The notes under the pieces are model-generated. The model was not told the origin of the DNA. It saw only the letters and a program-made list of their open reading frames with translations, and made no database searches. A program made the position numbers and the translations under genes. From assembly GCA_051746725.1 (NCBI GenBank), contig JBNJFI010000025.1, forward strand, positions 1 to 25,798: DNA of 25,798 nt, given 5' to 3'. The stretch comes from Fusobacteriota bacterium (GTDB lineage Bacteria > Fusobacteriota > Fusobacteriia > Fusobacteriales > JBNJFI01). Shown in pieces: positions 10,433 to 19,531 of this stretch; positions within the stretch are counted from its first letter, which is position 1, and every line of letters begins with the position of its first letter.

Positions 10433-10792
10433 ATGAAAAAAATATTAATAGTAGATGATTCATTATTTGCAAGAGAGAACCTCAAAAAAGCAATTCCCAA
10501 GGATCAAGTTGAAATTATAGGTGAAGCTTCTAGAGCTGATGATGCAATTAGTATGGCAAAAAAGTTACAACCTGATATTATAACATTAGATATTGCCATG
10601 CCAGGAATGACTGGGATAAGTGCTTTAGAAGAGCTTCAAAAAGTTAGTCCCAATAGCGATATTATAATGTGTAGTGCAATGGGTCAGGAACCTTTGATAA
10701 AAGAAGCCCTTGATGCTGGAGCTGAGGATTTTATAATTAAACCTTTCTCCAAAGAGGAAGTAATGGAAGTTATAAATGATTTTTTGATTTAA
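10433..10792 (+). CDS. cheY: Single-domain response regulator, CheY type
   Basis: ATG 10433 after AAGGAG; ILIVDDS, LDIAMP, IMCSAMGQE and DFIIKPF are typical of Bacillus/Thermotoga-type CheY. Confidence 0.88.
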   Translation: MKKILIVDDSLFARENLKKAIPKDQVEIIGEASRADDAISMAKKLQPDIITLDIAMPGMTGISALEELQKVSPNSDIIMCSAMGQEPLIKEALDAGAEDFIIKPFSKEEVMEVINDFLI

Positions 10793-10806
10793 AAAAGTAA
10801 ATATTA

Positions 10807-10837
10807 ACCAAAAAGAGGCCACTGGCCTCTTTTTGGT
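10807..10837. terminator. Bidirectional intrinsic terminator between convergent genes
   Basis: 15-bp perfect inverted repeat ACCAAAAAGAGGCCA-c-TGGCCTCTTTTTGGT between cheY and the minus-strand permease. Confidence 0.92.
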
Positions 10838-10862
10838 ATTTTAAAAAAATATGAGTATAAGC

Positions 10863-12791
10863 TTAAAGTCCCCAAAAATATTTTATAAGAATAGGAGTTA
10901 TAATAGCTAAAAGAATCTGTAATGGTGCTCCTACAATTACAAAATCTCTAAACTTATATCGTCCTGGCCCATAAACCATTAAATTTGTTTGATATCCCAT
11001 GGGAGTCAAAAAAGCTGTACTGGCAGCAAAAGTAACTGCTAGGACGAAAGCAAAGGGATTTGCATTTAATCTATTGGCAATGTCAATGGCTATAGGTAAC
11101 ATAATAACTGCACTGGCATTATTACTGATTAAATTGGTTAAAACGGCAGTAAATAGATAAAAGACTCCAAGAATTACAACAGGGGAAAAACTAGAAGTTA
11201 AATCTGTCAATTGACTTGCAACATAACTAGCAGCCCCAGTTTTTTCTATGGCTATTCCAAGAGGTATTAAACCAGCAAGCAAAAAGATAACTTCCCAATT
11301 TATAGAATCATAAACTTCACTTCTTTTTAAACAACCTGTTACAACCATTGCTACAGCACCACCAATTGCAGCAATTGCAATGGGTAAAAAATTAAATGCA
11401 GCTAATAAAATAACTAATATTAATATAAATGAAGATAGAAAAACCTTATCTCTAATAGGTTCAGGTGGATCGGTTTCAGTTTCAACAATAAAATCATTAT
11501 TTTTGTATAATCTATCAGAAGTTTCTTCATTTACAATTAATAAGAGTACATCCCCAGCATGTAAAGATATATCTTCCATTTTTGTATGACTTAAACTCTC
11601 TCCACGTCTTACTGCCAAAAGTCCAGCATCATATCTTTCTAAAAAATTCATATCCTTTAATGTCTGGTCTACTAATGAAGAACCGTGTGGGATAACTACT
11701 TCGATTATTTTTTGGCCTGTTCCAGGTTTTTCCAGTTGAATTTCTTTAACTTCGATTTCTGGTAATATCTTTATTCCGTGCTTTTTTAATACACTAATTA
11801 GTGTTTTTTTATCTGTTCTTATAACGAGATGATCTCCTTTTTGAAATTTCTGAGCTTCTAAAGGCTCAATAAATTGTTCATCTCCTCTTATTATCTGAAC
11901 TAAATTTAGATCATCATCTTCTTTTTCTAAAGTTTCACTTACATCTTTTCCAATTAAGGGAGAATTTTTATCTATAACAACTTCAGTTAGAAAATTCTTA
12001 ATTTTATATTCTTTAAATAATCCCTCTTTTGGTTTAATTCTTTCAGGAATTAGATGTGTTCCAATTAAAAGTATATATAAGAGCCCTATTATAAATATTA
12101 TAATTCCTAATTTTGTGAATTCAAACATTGAAAAAGGTTTTCCCAGTAATCTGTTTGAGATATCACTTGCTAAAATATTTGTTGAAGTACCAATTAAAGT
12201 TATCATACCTCCCATCATAGAAGCGTATGACAGTGGAATTAATATTTTAGAAGGTGATACTTTCATTTTCCTAGATAATTTTGTAACCATTGGTATAAAC
12301 GTAGCTACTACTGGAGTATTATTAATAATTGCAGCTGAAATTCCAGAAATAGTTGTTATTATAGTTAAAAGTCTAAAACCACTATTTTTAGCTAAATATT
12401 CAATCTTTTTTGCAAGAATTTCTACTCCACCACTTTTTTGAATACCTTCACTTAAAATAAACATAGCTAATATAGTTACAGTTGCTTTATTTGAAAATCC
12501 CGATAAAGCTTCTTCTACAGAAATATCTATCCATGGATTTAAAATAACTAAAATTACAGGTATTGAAAGGGATATTATATCCAAAGGGATAATTTCTAAA
12601 AAAAATAAAACGATTAATATAAAAACAAAGCCACCAATAATAATAATTTGTAAAGTCAAATCAGGTGTATTTTTAGCAATTTTTTGTGGTTCAGATCCAA
12701 ATGATGTAGCACAAAATAAAATAAAGATAAAAAGCGAAATAAATTTAATTCTATTATTTTTAAAAAAATTTAATTTAGATTTTTTAATCAA
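10863..12791 (-). CDS. SLC13/CitMHS-family (DASS-like) permease with two TrkA-C (RCK_C) domains
   Basis: TTG start after a G-rich RBS; many TM helices; motifs INNTPVVA, LIGTSTNIL, ISNNASAV, TPMGYQTNLMVYGPG.Y.F.DF; central duplicated TrkA-C-like region. Confidence 0.93.
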   Translation of the reverse strand: MIKKSKLNFFKNNRIKFISLFIFILFCATSFGSEPQKIAKNTPDLTLQIIIIGGFVFILIVLFFLEIIPLDIISLSIPVILVILNPWIDISVEEALSGFSNKATVTILAMFILSEGIQKSGGVEILAKKIEYLAKNSGFRLLTIITTISGISAAIINNTPVVATFIPMVTKLSRKMKVSPSKILIPLSYASMMGGMITLIGTSTNILASDISNRLLGKPFSMFEFTKLGIIIFIIGLLYILLIGTHLIPERIKPKEGLFKEYKIKNFLTEVVIDKNSPLIGKDVSETLEKEDDDLNLVQIIRGDEQFIEPLEAQKFQKGDHLVIRTDKKTLISVLKKHGIKILPEIEVKEIQLEKPGTGQKIIEVVIPHGSSLVDQTLKDMNFLERYDAGLLAVRRGESLSHTKMEDISLHAGDVLLLIVNEETSDRLYKNNDFIVETETDPPEPIRDKVFLSSFILILVILLAAFNFLPIAIAAIGGAVAMVVTGCLKRSEVYDSINWEVIFLLAGLIPLGIAIEKTGAASYVASQLTDLTSSFSPVVILGVFYLFTAVLTNLISNNASAVIMLPIAIDIANRLNANPFAFVLAVTFAASTAFLTPMGYQTNLMVYGPGRYKFRDFVIVGAPLQILLAIITPILIKYFWGL

Positions 12792-12870
12792 GATACCCCC
12801 CTCTTTGAGAATAATTAAATTTTAAAGTAAAAGTTTTTAGAGAATAAAAGATCCTAGGTTGCTATATTAA

Positions 12871-12899
12871 ATTATAGCATATAAATTTTTTAATCTCAA
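12871..12899 (-). promoter_or_regulatory. Sigma70-type promoter for the SLC13 permease
   Basis: Minus strand TTGAGA-17 bp-TATAAT with an extended -10 TG (TGcTATAAT). Confidence 0.75.
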
Positions 12900-12905
12900 T
12901 AAAAA

Positions 12906-12934
12906 TTGAAAAAATTAAGTTTATGGACTATAAT
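12906..12934 (+). promoter_or_regulatory. Sigma70-type promoter for the DUF202-patatin-MBL genes
   Basis: TTGAAA (12906-12911)-17 bp-TATAAT (12929-12934). Confidence 0.75.
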
Positions 12935-12998
12935 ATAAATAACGAGAAAAAATAAGAGTAAAAAAAATAAGAATAAAAAAATATTAATGGAGGAATTT

Positions 12999-13331
12999 AT
13001 GAGACGTTATGATTTTAATAATGAAGAATTAGAATTAAGTGATTTTCTTTCTAAAGATAGAACAATTCTAGCAAATGAAAGAACATTATTGGCATATGTA
13101 AGAACTTCTATAAGTCTTATAGCAGGGGGAGTATCTTTTATAAAGATATTTAAAAAGGAGCCATTTCTCAGTATGGGATGGATACTTATAACTTTGGGAT
13201 TTATAGTTTCATTATTAGGTCTTAGAAGATTTTTGAAGTTTTACTTTGAATTACGAAAAATAAGAAAGTTAGAAGAAAAGAAAGAGGAAGAGTTATTTAA
13301 AGAAAAAGAAAGAGAGGAAAAAGATGAATAA
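12999..13331 (+). CDS. DUF202 (YidH-like) small membrane protein
   Basis: ATG 12999 after GGAGG; signature RTILANERTLLAYVRTS followed by two TM helices. Confidence 0.88.
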   Translation: MRRYDFNNEELELSDFLSKDRTILANERTLLAYVRTSISLIAGGVSFIKIFKKEPFLSMGWILITLGFIVSLLGLRRFLKFYFELRKIRKLEEKKEEELFKEKEREEKDE

Positions 13332-14682
13332 GGAAAAATACTGTTTGGTTTTAAGTGGCGGTGGAGCAAAGGGAGTATACCATTTAGGTGTTTGGAAGGC
13401 AATAAAGGAGTTAGATATAGAATTCAATGCTGTTATCGGGAATTCTGTAGGAGCATTAGTAGCTGGCTTTTTTGCTCAAGACGAATACGATGCACTTTAT
13501 GATATAATGTCAAATATGGGAATTGATGATTTCATTAAAATTCCAAAAGGATTACTAAAAGATGGGAATATAAATTTTAATAAAAATAATTTTAAATTAT
13601 TAGATGATTTGAGAAGAGATATATCTAAAAATAATGGAGTTGATACTTCTCCTCTTACAAAAATTCTTGAAGATAACTTGAGTGAAGAAAAACTTAGAAA
13701 TTCAGGTATGGATATAGGAATCGTTACTTTTCATTTAAATAAAATAGAACCTGTAGAAATATTTATAGATGAAATGAAAGAGGGGTCAGTTTTAAAATAC
13801 TTACAGGCCAGTGCAACTTTGCCTGGATTTAAATCAACGGAAATAGACAATAAAAAGTTTATAGATGGTGGAGTATATGATAATATACCATTTTCTGCTG
13901 CTAAAAGTCGAGGTTATAAAAACATTATGGTTGTGGATATATCAGGAGCTGGGAGAAATAAAACACCAGATATACAAGGAACTAATACAATATATATAAA
14001 AAACTCTATTGAAATGGGAGGACTTCTGGATTTCGAAAAAAATTTTTTAGATGAATATAGAAAATTGGGATATTTGGATACATTAAAAGTATTTGGAAAA
14101 TTAGAAGGAAACAGATTCTTTTTTGAAAAGGATTCTGAAATATATAATTCCTTAGATAAAATAATGAAAGAAGATGGAGATTTTAAAGAGTTTTTAGATA
14201 ATTATTTAGATAACTTAAAAATTAATAGAAGAGAAAATTCTATTAATAACCTTAAAGAAATTTTACCTGAAGAGGTCCGAAACACAAGAAAATTAATCTA
14301 TGAATTAGCAGATTGTGCTGCCTTTGGTTTAGATATGAAACGGATAAAAAAATATAAATTTCGAGATTTTATCCAGGAGATATACAAAAAAGCGACAGAT
14401 ACAGAAACAAATCTTGAAGAAACAAGGAAAAAATTTGGGTCAAAAGATCTATTTGGAATGATTAAAGAGATAAAAAATATTAAGGCGGAAAATGGAAGCT
14501 TTGGGATTAGAAATAAATCTCTATATTATTATGAATTGGTTATTGATAACCTTTTGGGGGATTTTAAAAATAAATTATCTTTTGCCAGTTTAAATAGATT
14601 TTATCCGGGTTTAAATGCTGGGATAATATTTATAGAAATATTGAGAATATACTTTTCTGAAAAAGTTGGAAATAAAAAATAA
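13324..14682 (+). CDS. Patatin-like phospholipase
   Basis: Oxyanion loop LSGGGAKG, nucleophile GNSVG, catalytic DGG (IDGGVYDNIP); no signal peptide; overlaps the DUF202 gene by 8 bp. Confidence 0.93.
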   Translation: MNKEKYCLVLSGGGAKGVYHLGVWKAIKELDIEFNAVIGNSVGALVAGFFAQDEYDALYDIMSNMGIDDFIKIPKGLLKDGNINFNKNNFKLLDDLRRDISKNNGVDTSPLTKILEDNLSEEKLRNSGMDIGIVTFHLNKIEPVEIFIDEMKEGSVLKYLQASATLPGFKSTEIDNKKFIDGGVYDNIPFSAAKSRGYKNIMVVDISGAGRNKTPDIQGTNTIYIKNSIEMGGLLDFEKNFLDEYRKLGYLDTLKVFGKLEGNRFFFEKDSEIYNSLDKIMKEDGDFKEFLDNYLDNLKINRRENSINNLKEILPEEVRNTRKLIYELADCAAFGLDMKRIKKYKFRDFIQEIYKKATDTETNLEETRKKFGSKDLFGMIKEIKNIKAENGSFGIRNKSLYYYELVIDNLLGDFKNKLSFASLNRFYPGLNAGIIFIEILRIYFSEKVGNKK

Positions 14683-14697
14683 AAGGGAAGTGATTTT

Positions 14698-15513
14698 TTG
14701 GAAATAATAACATTAATGGAAAATTTAGTATATAAAGAGGGTTTTATAGGAGAGCATGGGTTATCTTTTTTGATAAAAACTCCCAATTTAAAAATATTAT
14801 TTGATACAGGACAAACAGGTGCTTTTATACATAATGCAAAAAAGATGGGTGAAAACCTAAAAGATGTAGATTATGTAATTTTAAGTCATGGGCATTATGA
14901 TCATACTGGTGGATTAGAAAAATTTCTTAAAATAAATAATACTGCTAAAATCATTCTCAAAAAAGAGGCTTTGGAATATAAATATTCTAATTCTACAGGA
15001 GAAAAAAGAGAAATAGGATTTGAGTTAAGAAATAAATATAAAAAATTTGATAACGAATTTATATTTATAAAGGATAAATATAAATTAAATAAAGATATAC
15101 TAATAATTGGAAATATTTTAAAAAATAATGCATTTGAAAATGAAGAAAAAAAGTTGTTTGTCAAAAAAGGGTCTGAATACATAAAAGATGAATTTAAGGA
15201 TGAATTATTTTTAACGATTATAGAAGATCAAAAACTAAATATCATAACAGGATGTTCACATAGTGGTATAATAAATATAATTGAAACTGGGATTTCGGTT
15301 GTCAAAAAAGATCAGATTGGTTCTGTAGTCGGGGGTCTGCATCTTAAGGGTAAATCTCAAAAAAGAATAAACAAAACAATTAGCGCTTTAAAAAGAATGG
15401 ATATAAAAAGATTGGCTATTAATCACTGTACAGGAATTGAGGAATATGCTGAAATAAAAAGAGAATTAGATGTAGAGGTTATTTATAATAACCTTGGAAA
15501 AACAATTAAATAA
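14698..15513 (+). CDS. MBL-fold metallo-hydrolase (COG1237-like)
   Basis: TTG start; motifs EHGLS, LFDTGQ, LSHGHYDHTGGL, TGCSHSGI, GGLHL, HCTG. Confidence 0.92.
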   Translation: MEIITLMENLVYKEGFIGEHGLSFLIKTPNLKILFDTGQTGAFIHNAKKMGENLKDVDYVILSHGHYDHTGGLEKFLKINNTAKIILKKEALEYKYSNSTGEKREIGFELRNKYKKFDNEFIFIKDKYKLNKDILIIGNILKNNAFENEEKKLFVKKGSEYIKDEFKDELFLTIIEDQKLNIITGCSHSGIINIIETGISVVKKDQIGSVVGGLHLKGKSQKRINKTISALKRMDIKRLAINHCTGIEEYAEIKRELDVEVIYNNLGKTIK

Positions 15514-15518
15514 TAAAT

Positions 15519-15564
15519 AATATAAAAAGCAGATGATGGAATTCTATCATCTGCTTTTTATATT
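15519..15564. terminator. Intrinsic terminator, potentially bidirectional
   Basis: 19-bp perfect inverted repeat AATATAAAAAGCAGATGAT-ggaattct-ATCATCTGCTTTTTATATT after the MBL stop. Confidence 0.88.
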
Positions 15565-15566
15565 TG

Positions 15567-15656
15567 TGAATTTTACAAGTCATATTTGCATTTTACCAAG
15601 AATATGGTGAATCCTACCTATATTTCCTATGAAAAAAGACAAAATTATCATATAAT
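15567..15656 (+). promoter_or_regulatory. Putative activator-dependent promoter with three phased direct repeats (candidate LytTR sites)
   Basis: TGAATTTTAC (15567-15576), TGCATTTTAC (15587-15596) and TGAATCCTAC (15608-15617), period 20 and 21 bp; perfect -10 TATAAT at 15651-15656 with no good -35. Confidence 0.6.
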
Positions 15657-15703
15657 TATATTGAGTCAAAAGAGAAAAAGTAAGAAAAAAGGAAGGAGAG
15701 AGA

Positions 15704-16840
15704 ATGAAAAAAAAGTTATTAAGCATTATATTTTTTATGCTAGGATTAATTATTACTGCACAGGAATTAGAAATAATAGTAATAGGAAATGAAAAAACAA
15801 AATCTGAAATAATAAAAAGATTTTTTCCAAAGGATAAATTAAAAAAAGATTTTCATAAAACAGTAAAAATTGGAAAAAACAATTTATTAAAAACAGATTG
15901 GTTTGAAAGAGTTGATACATATGTTGTAGGTAAAAACCAAAAAAGACTAATAATTGAGGTAAAAGAAGGCTATAATAAAAGATTTGGAGGTGGACCAATA
16001 TATTTTAGTTATGGAGAATTAAATTATAATGGAAAAGGAGATTCAATCTTTTTTGACATAGGAATAAATAAGCAAAGTTTAGGTTTCGAAAAGTATTTCT
16101 TATCTGATAAAATTGGATATGAAATTAACCTGGGAAATGAACCCAAACGGTTTTACGAGAATATGAATCTTGATAAAGAAAAAATATATCAAAAGTTAAA
16201 ATTACAGAATACATTTAACTATAGATTAAAAAGCAACTTTATTTTAAAATCAGATCTTAAATATTATCAAATAAGAAGTGATGACTATAACAAAAAAGAG
16301 GAAGATTTTGTAATATCTAGCAGTATAAATTATGATAATAAAAATAAGGGAATATATGGAGATTTCGAATATAGTAATTTTTATAATGAAAAATTAACCA
16401 GATTGAAAATTGATTTGAGGAAATATGTTGGTTTAAACAAAAAAGTTGAATTGGCAATTAGAAATTTATATAAAATTCAAGAAGAAACTAATAATAAGTA
16501 TTATTACCTTGGAATTGAAAAAGCAGATGAAATTAGACATAACGATATTGAAAATGTTATTGGAAATGCTGCGTATTTAGGAAGTTTAGAATTAAGATTG
16601 AGATTTGCAGAAGAAAAATTAGGAGGAATATTGGAATCTTCAAAAGTAGTTATGTTTTTAGATTATGGAAGGGCTTATAAAAATTTAGAAAATTTATCAT
16701 TAAGTGATGGAAATATGGTATATGGTTTTGAATATGCAGTGTCAATTGGATCTCCTGTATATATGCCAATTAAGTTTAGAGTCGGATTTAATGAAGAGGT
16801 TGGAAATCAGGTTGGAGTATTTTTGGTAGAGTCATTTTAA
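15704..16840 (+). CDS. Omp85/BamA-TamA superfamily-like outer membrane protein with a single POTRA domain
   Basis: Signal peptide; POTRA-like IIVIGNEKTKSEIIKR...NLLKTDWFERV; barrel motifs GNAAYLGSLELR and MFLDYG (FxDxG); C-terminal Phe. Confidence 0.7.
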   Translation: MKKKLLSIIFFMLGLIITAQELEIIVIGNEKTKSEIIKRFFPKDKLKKDFHKTVKIGKNNLLKTDWFERVDTYVVGKNQKRLIIEVKEGYNKRFGGGPIYFSYGELNYNGKGDSIFFDIGINKQSLGFEKYFLSDKIGYEINLGNEPKRFYENMNLDKEKIYQKLKLQNTFNYRLKSNFILKSDLKYYQIRSDDYNKKEEDFVISSSINYDNKNKGIYGDFEYSNFYNEKLTRLKIDLRKYVGLNKKVELAIRNLYKIQEETNNKYYYLGIEKADEIRHNDIENVIGNAAYLGSLELRLRFAEEKLGGILESSKVVMFLDYGRAYKNLENLSLSDGNMVYGFEYAVSIGSPVYMPIKFRVGFNEEVGNQVGVFLVESF

Positions 16841-16884
16841 AGGCTCTTTTGCAATTAGTTAATCAAAATAAGGAGGAATATAAA

Positions 16885-17607
16885 ATGAAAAAAAGAATAG
16901 GAGTTATAATTTTATTAGTATTATCAGTTGGAGTATTTGGAAGAGGAATTGAATATTATGAAAGCTTTTTTGAAAAAACACCGGAAAAAATAGAAAAAGA
17001 AATAAAAATATTAAAAGATTCAGATGAAGAGAAGAAAAATTATAAACTTGGGATTTTATATACTACGCTTTCAGTTAATGATCCAGAAAAAAAGAAAGCA
17101 AGTAAAAAAGCGAAAAAATATTTAGAGAAAACTATGAAAAAAGATAAAAATAATAGCCTTTTGAATAATTATTATGCAATGGCACTTTCTTTAGTTGGAA
17201 GAGATCATTGGAATCCAATAGTAAAAATGAGTTCAATGAAAAAATCTTTTAAATATTTTGATAAAGCAGTTGAATTAGCAACAGAAAACAAGGATAACAA
17301 ATTATGGTATATAAGATTTTCAAGGTCTAATGTGTATACCGAATTGCCAGATTTTTTTAATAAGTCTGAAGAAGCCAAAAAAGATTTAGAATTTTTAAAA
17401 GATCAGTATGAATATAAGGGAAATATCTCAAAAGCAATTATGGTAACTGTATATTCAAAATTAGGAGAGTTTAGTCGAATTGGTGGAAATTTAGATAAGG
17501 CAATTAATTATTGGGAGAAAGCCTTGAATATAAGTAAAGAGATAAATTTGAATAATGAAGAAGTACAAAACGTAGAAAAACAATTAAGTATTTTCAAAGT
17601 AGAATAG
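16885..17607 (+). CDS. Secreted/periplasmic TPR-like protein
   Basis: ATG 16885 after AAGGAGG; signal peptide MKKRIGVIILLVLSVGVFG; helical repeats such as VYSKLGE...GNLDKAINYWEKAL. Confidence 0.7.
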   Translation: MKKRIGVIILLVLSVGVFGRGIEYYESFFEKTPEKIEKEIKILKDSDEEKKNYKLGILYTTLSVNDPEKKKASKKAKKYLEKTMKKDKNNSLLNNYYAMALSLVGRDHWNPIVKMSSMKKSFKYFDKAVELATENKDNKLWYIRFSRSNVYTELPDFFNKSEEAKKDLEFLKDQYEYKGNISKAIMVTVYSKLGEFSRIGGNLDKAINYWEKALNISKEINLNNEEVQNVEKQLSIFKVE

Positions 17608-17616
17608 GGGGTTAAA

Positions 17617-18294
17617 ATGAGTATAGTTTCTGTAAATGGGATTCAAAAAAGTTATAAACTTGGGAAGACCAAGGTTCATGCCTTAAGAGGAATTGATTTG
17701 CAAATTAATAAAGGAGACTTTATTTCACTCATGGGACCAAGTGGTGCAGGAAAATCTACTTTATTACATATAATAGGTTGTATAGAAAAACCTGATTCTG
17801 GAGATATAATTATACATGGAAATAATATAAAAAATATGTCGGATAAAAAGTTATCGGATTTCCGAAATAAGCATATTGGATTTATATTTCAAAGCTTTAA
17901 TTTAATACCAGTTTTTAACGTATATGAAAATGTAGAATATCCACTTATGATAAGAGACGAAAAGGTAGATCAAAAAAGGGTAGAAGATATAATAGATGCT
18001 GTAGGATTAAAAGATAAATTAAAATGTAGACCAGATGAGTTATCAGGAGGTCAAAGACAAAGAGTTGCAATTGCAAGGGCTTTGGTGACTCAGCCTGATA
18101 TCATCATAGCAGATGAACCTACAGCTAATCTAGACTCTAAAACAGGTCAGATGATTATAGATCTATTACTTGATTTAAATCAAACTAGAAAAACAACGTT
18201 TATATTTTCAACACATAATAAAGAGATTACAAAATATTCAAAAAAGACTATTAATATTTTAGATGGGCTATTAATAAATGAGAAAGGAGAATAA
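17617..18294 (+). CDS. ABC transporter ATP-binding protein, LolD/MacB type
   Basis: Walker A GPSGAGKST, IGFIFQSFNL, signature LSGGQRQRVAIARAL, Walker B ADEPTANLD, H-loop STH. Confidence 0.96.
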   Translation: MSIVSVNGIQKSYKLGKTKVHALRGIDLQINKGDFISLMGPSGAGKSTLLHIIGCIEKPDSGDIIIHGNNIKNMSDKKLSDFRNKHIGFIFQSFNLIPVFNVYENVEYPLMIRDEKVDQKRVEDIIDAVGLKDKLKCRPDELSGGQRQRVAIARALVTQPDIIIADEPTANLDSKTGQMIIDLLLDLNQTRKTTFIFSTHNKEITKYSKKTINILDGLLINEKGE

Positions 18295-18295
18295 A

Positions 18296-19513
18296 ATGTT
18301 TTATTTTAAACTAGGAATGAGAAATATAATAAAAAATCATAGAAGAACTATTTTAACAATGTTAACTATAATAATCGGAATGGTATCTGTGATAATAGCC
18401 CGAGGATTTGTTGATTACTCTATGTGGGGATTGAAAGAATCTACTATCAGAAGTGGCCTAGGGCATTTTCAAATATACAAAGAGGGTTTCAATGAACATG
18501 GAGAGGAAGAACCCTATAAATACTTAATAGATGATTATAAGAGTGTTATTAGAGAAATATCCAGAATAGGAGGGATTAAATATTTTGCTCCTAGAATTCA
18601 ATTTCAAGGTATAATTTCCAATGATGATAAAAGCACAGTAGTTATGGGATTTGCTGGATGGGAAGATTCAGAAAAAAGACTTCATGAGATGACTGACATA
18701 GGAGATGAATTTTTAGATAGTTCTGATTCATCTGGAGTTGTTATTGGGAGTGGGGTTGCTAAAAATTTAGATGTAGAAATCGGAGAGTATTTGACGTTGA
18801 TGTCAACAATGAAAGGTGGTGGAATAAATGCAATAGATGTAAAAGTACAGGGAATTATAAATCATCCAATAAAGGAAATGGATAGTAGGTTTATACTAGG
18901 TCAATTAGATGGAATACAACCACTTTTATATGTAGAAAATTCTATAGATAGAATAGTACTTATGTTAGAAGAGACAGAAATGACAAAAAAGATGGAAAAA
19001 AAGATAGCTGAGATTTGCAAAAAAGAGGGACTCGAATATAAAACTTGGGAAGATTTAGCAACTTATTATTTTCAAGTAAGAGGAATGTATGAAACATTTG
19101 TAAATGTAATAATGATTGTGATAATATCCATTGTAATTTTTGCAATAGCAAATACAATGTCCATGAATTTATTTGAAAGAATTAGAGAGATTGGAACCAT
19201 GCGGGCATTGGGTACTAATAGATTAAAGATAATTAAAATATTTTTGGCAGAGAGCTTTTTAATAGGGATATTGGGAGTATTAATAGGAAGTTTATTAGGC
19301 TATAGTCTAGCTTTTTTGATAAATAATCTAGGAGGAATATCAGTTCCACCGCCGCCAGGGAATAAAAGTGGATATCAAGCCATGATTAAACCTGATAATA
19401 TTAAAATTTTATATTATTCATTGATTTTTGTTGGGATATCTGTAGTAGCAGCTTTGTATTCTGCAATTAAAGCAGCTAAGTTAAGTATTGCAGATGCTTT
19501 AAGATGGATTTAA
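18296..19513 (+). CDS. ABC transporter permease, LolC/E-MacB-FtsX (type VII) family
   Basis: ATG 18296 after AAGGAG; RNI.KN.RRT.LT, TM1, large periplasmic domain, three more TMs; ERIREIGTMRALG; C-terminal AAKL..ADALR. Confidence 0.93.
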   Translation: MFYFKLGMRNIIKNHRRTILTMLTIIIGMVSVIIARGFVDYSMWGLKESTIRSGLGHFQIYKEGFNEHGEEEPYKYLIDDYKSVIREISRIGGIKYFAPRIQFQGIISNDDKSTVVMGFAGWEDSEKRLHEMTDIGDEFLDSSDSSGVVIGSGVAKNLDVEIGEYLTLMSTMKGGGINAIDVKVQGIINHPIKEMDSRFILGQLDGIQPLLYVENSIDRIVLMLEETEMTKKMEKKIAEICKKEGLEYKTWEDLATYYFQVRGMYETFVNVIMIVIISIVIFAIANTMSMNLFERIREIGTMRALGTNRLKIIKIFLAESFLIGILGVLIGSLLGYSLAFLINNLGGISVPPPPGNKSGYQAMIKPDNIKILYYSLIFVGISVVAALYSAIKAAKLSIADALRWI

Positions 19514-19531
19514 AAAAAGAAAGGAGTTAAA

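Noticed and set aside
15586..15792. 68-aa plus-strand ORF as a leader or precursor peptide
   Set aside because: TTG start without an RBS, runs through the promoter and overlaps the next gene out of frame.
13324..16840. Split type Vd (PlpD/FplA-like) system from the patatin plus the single-POTRA Omp85-like gene
   Set aside because: The patatin has no signal peptide and is separated from the barrel gene by another gene, a strong terminator and a new promoter.
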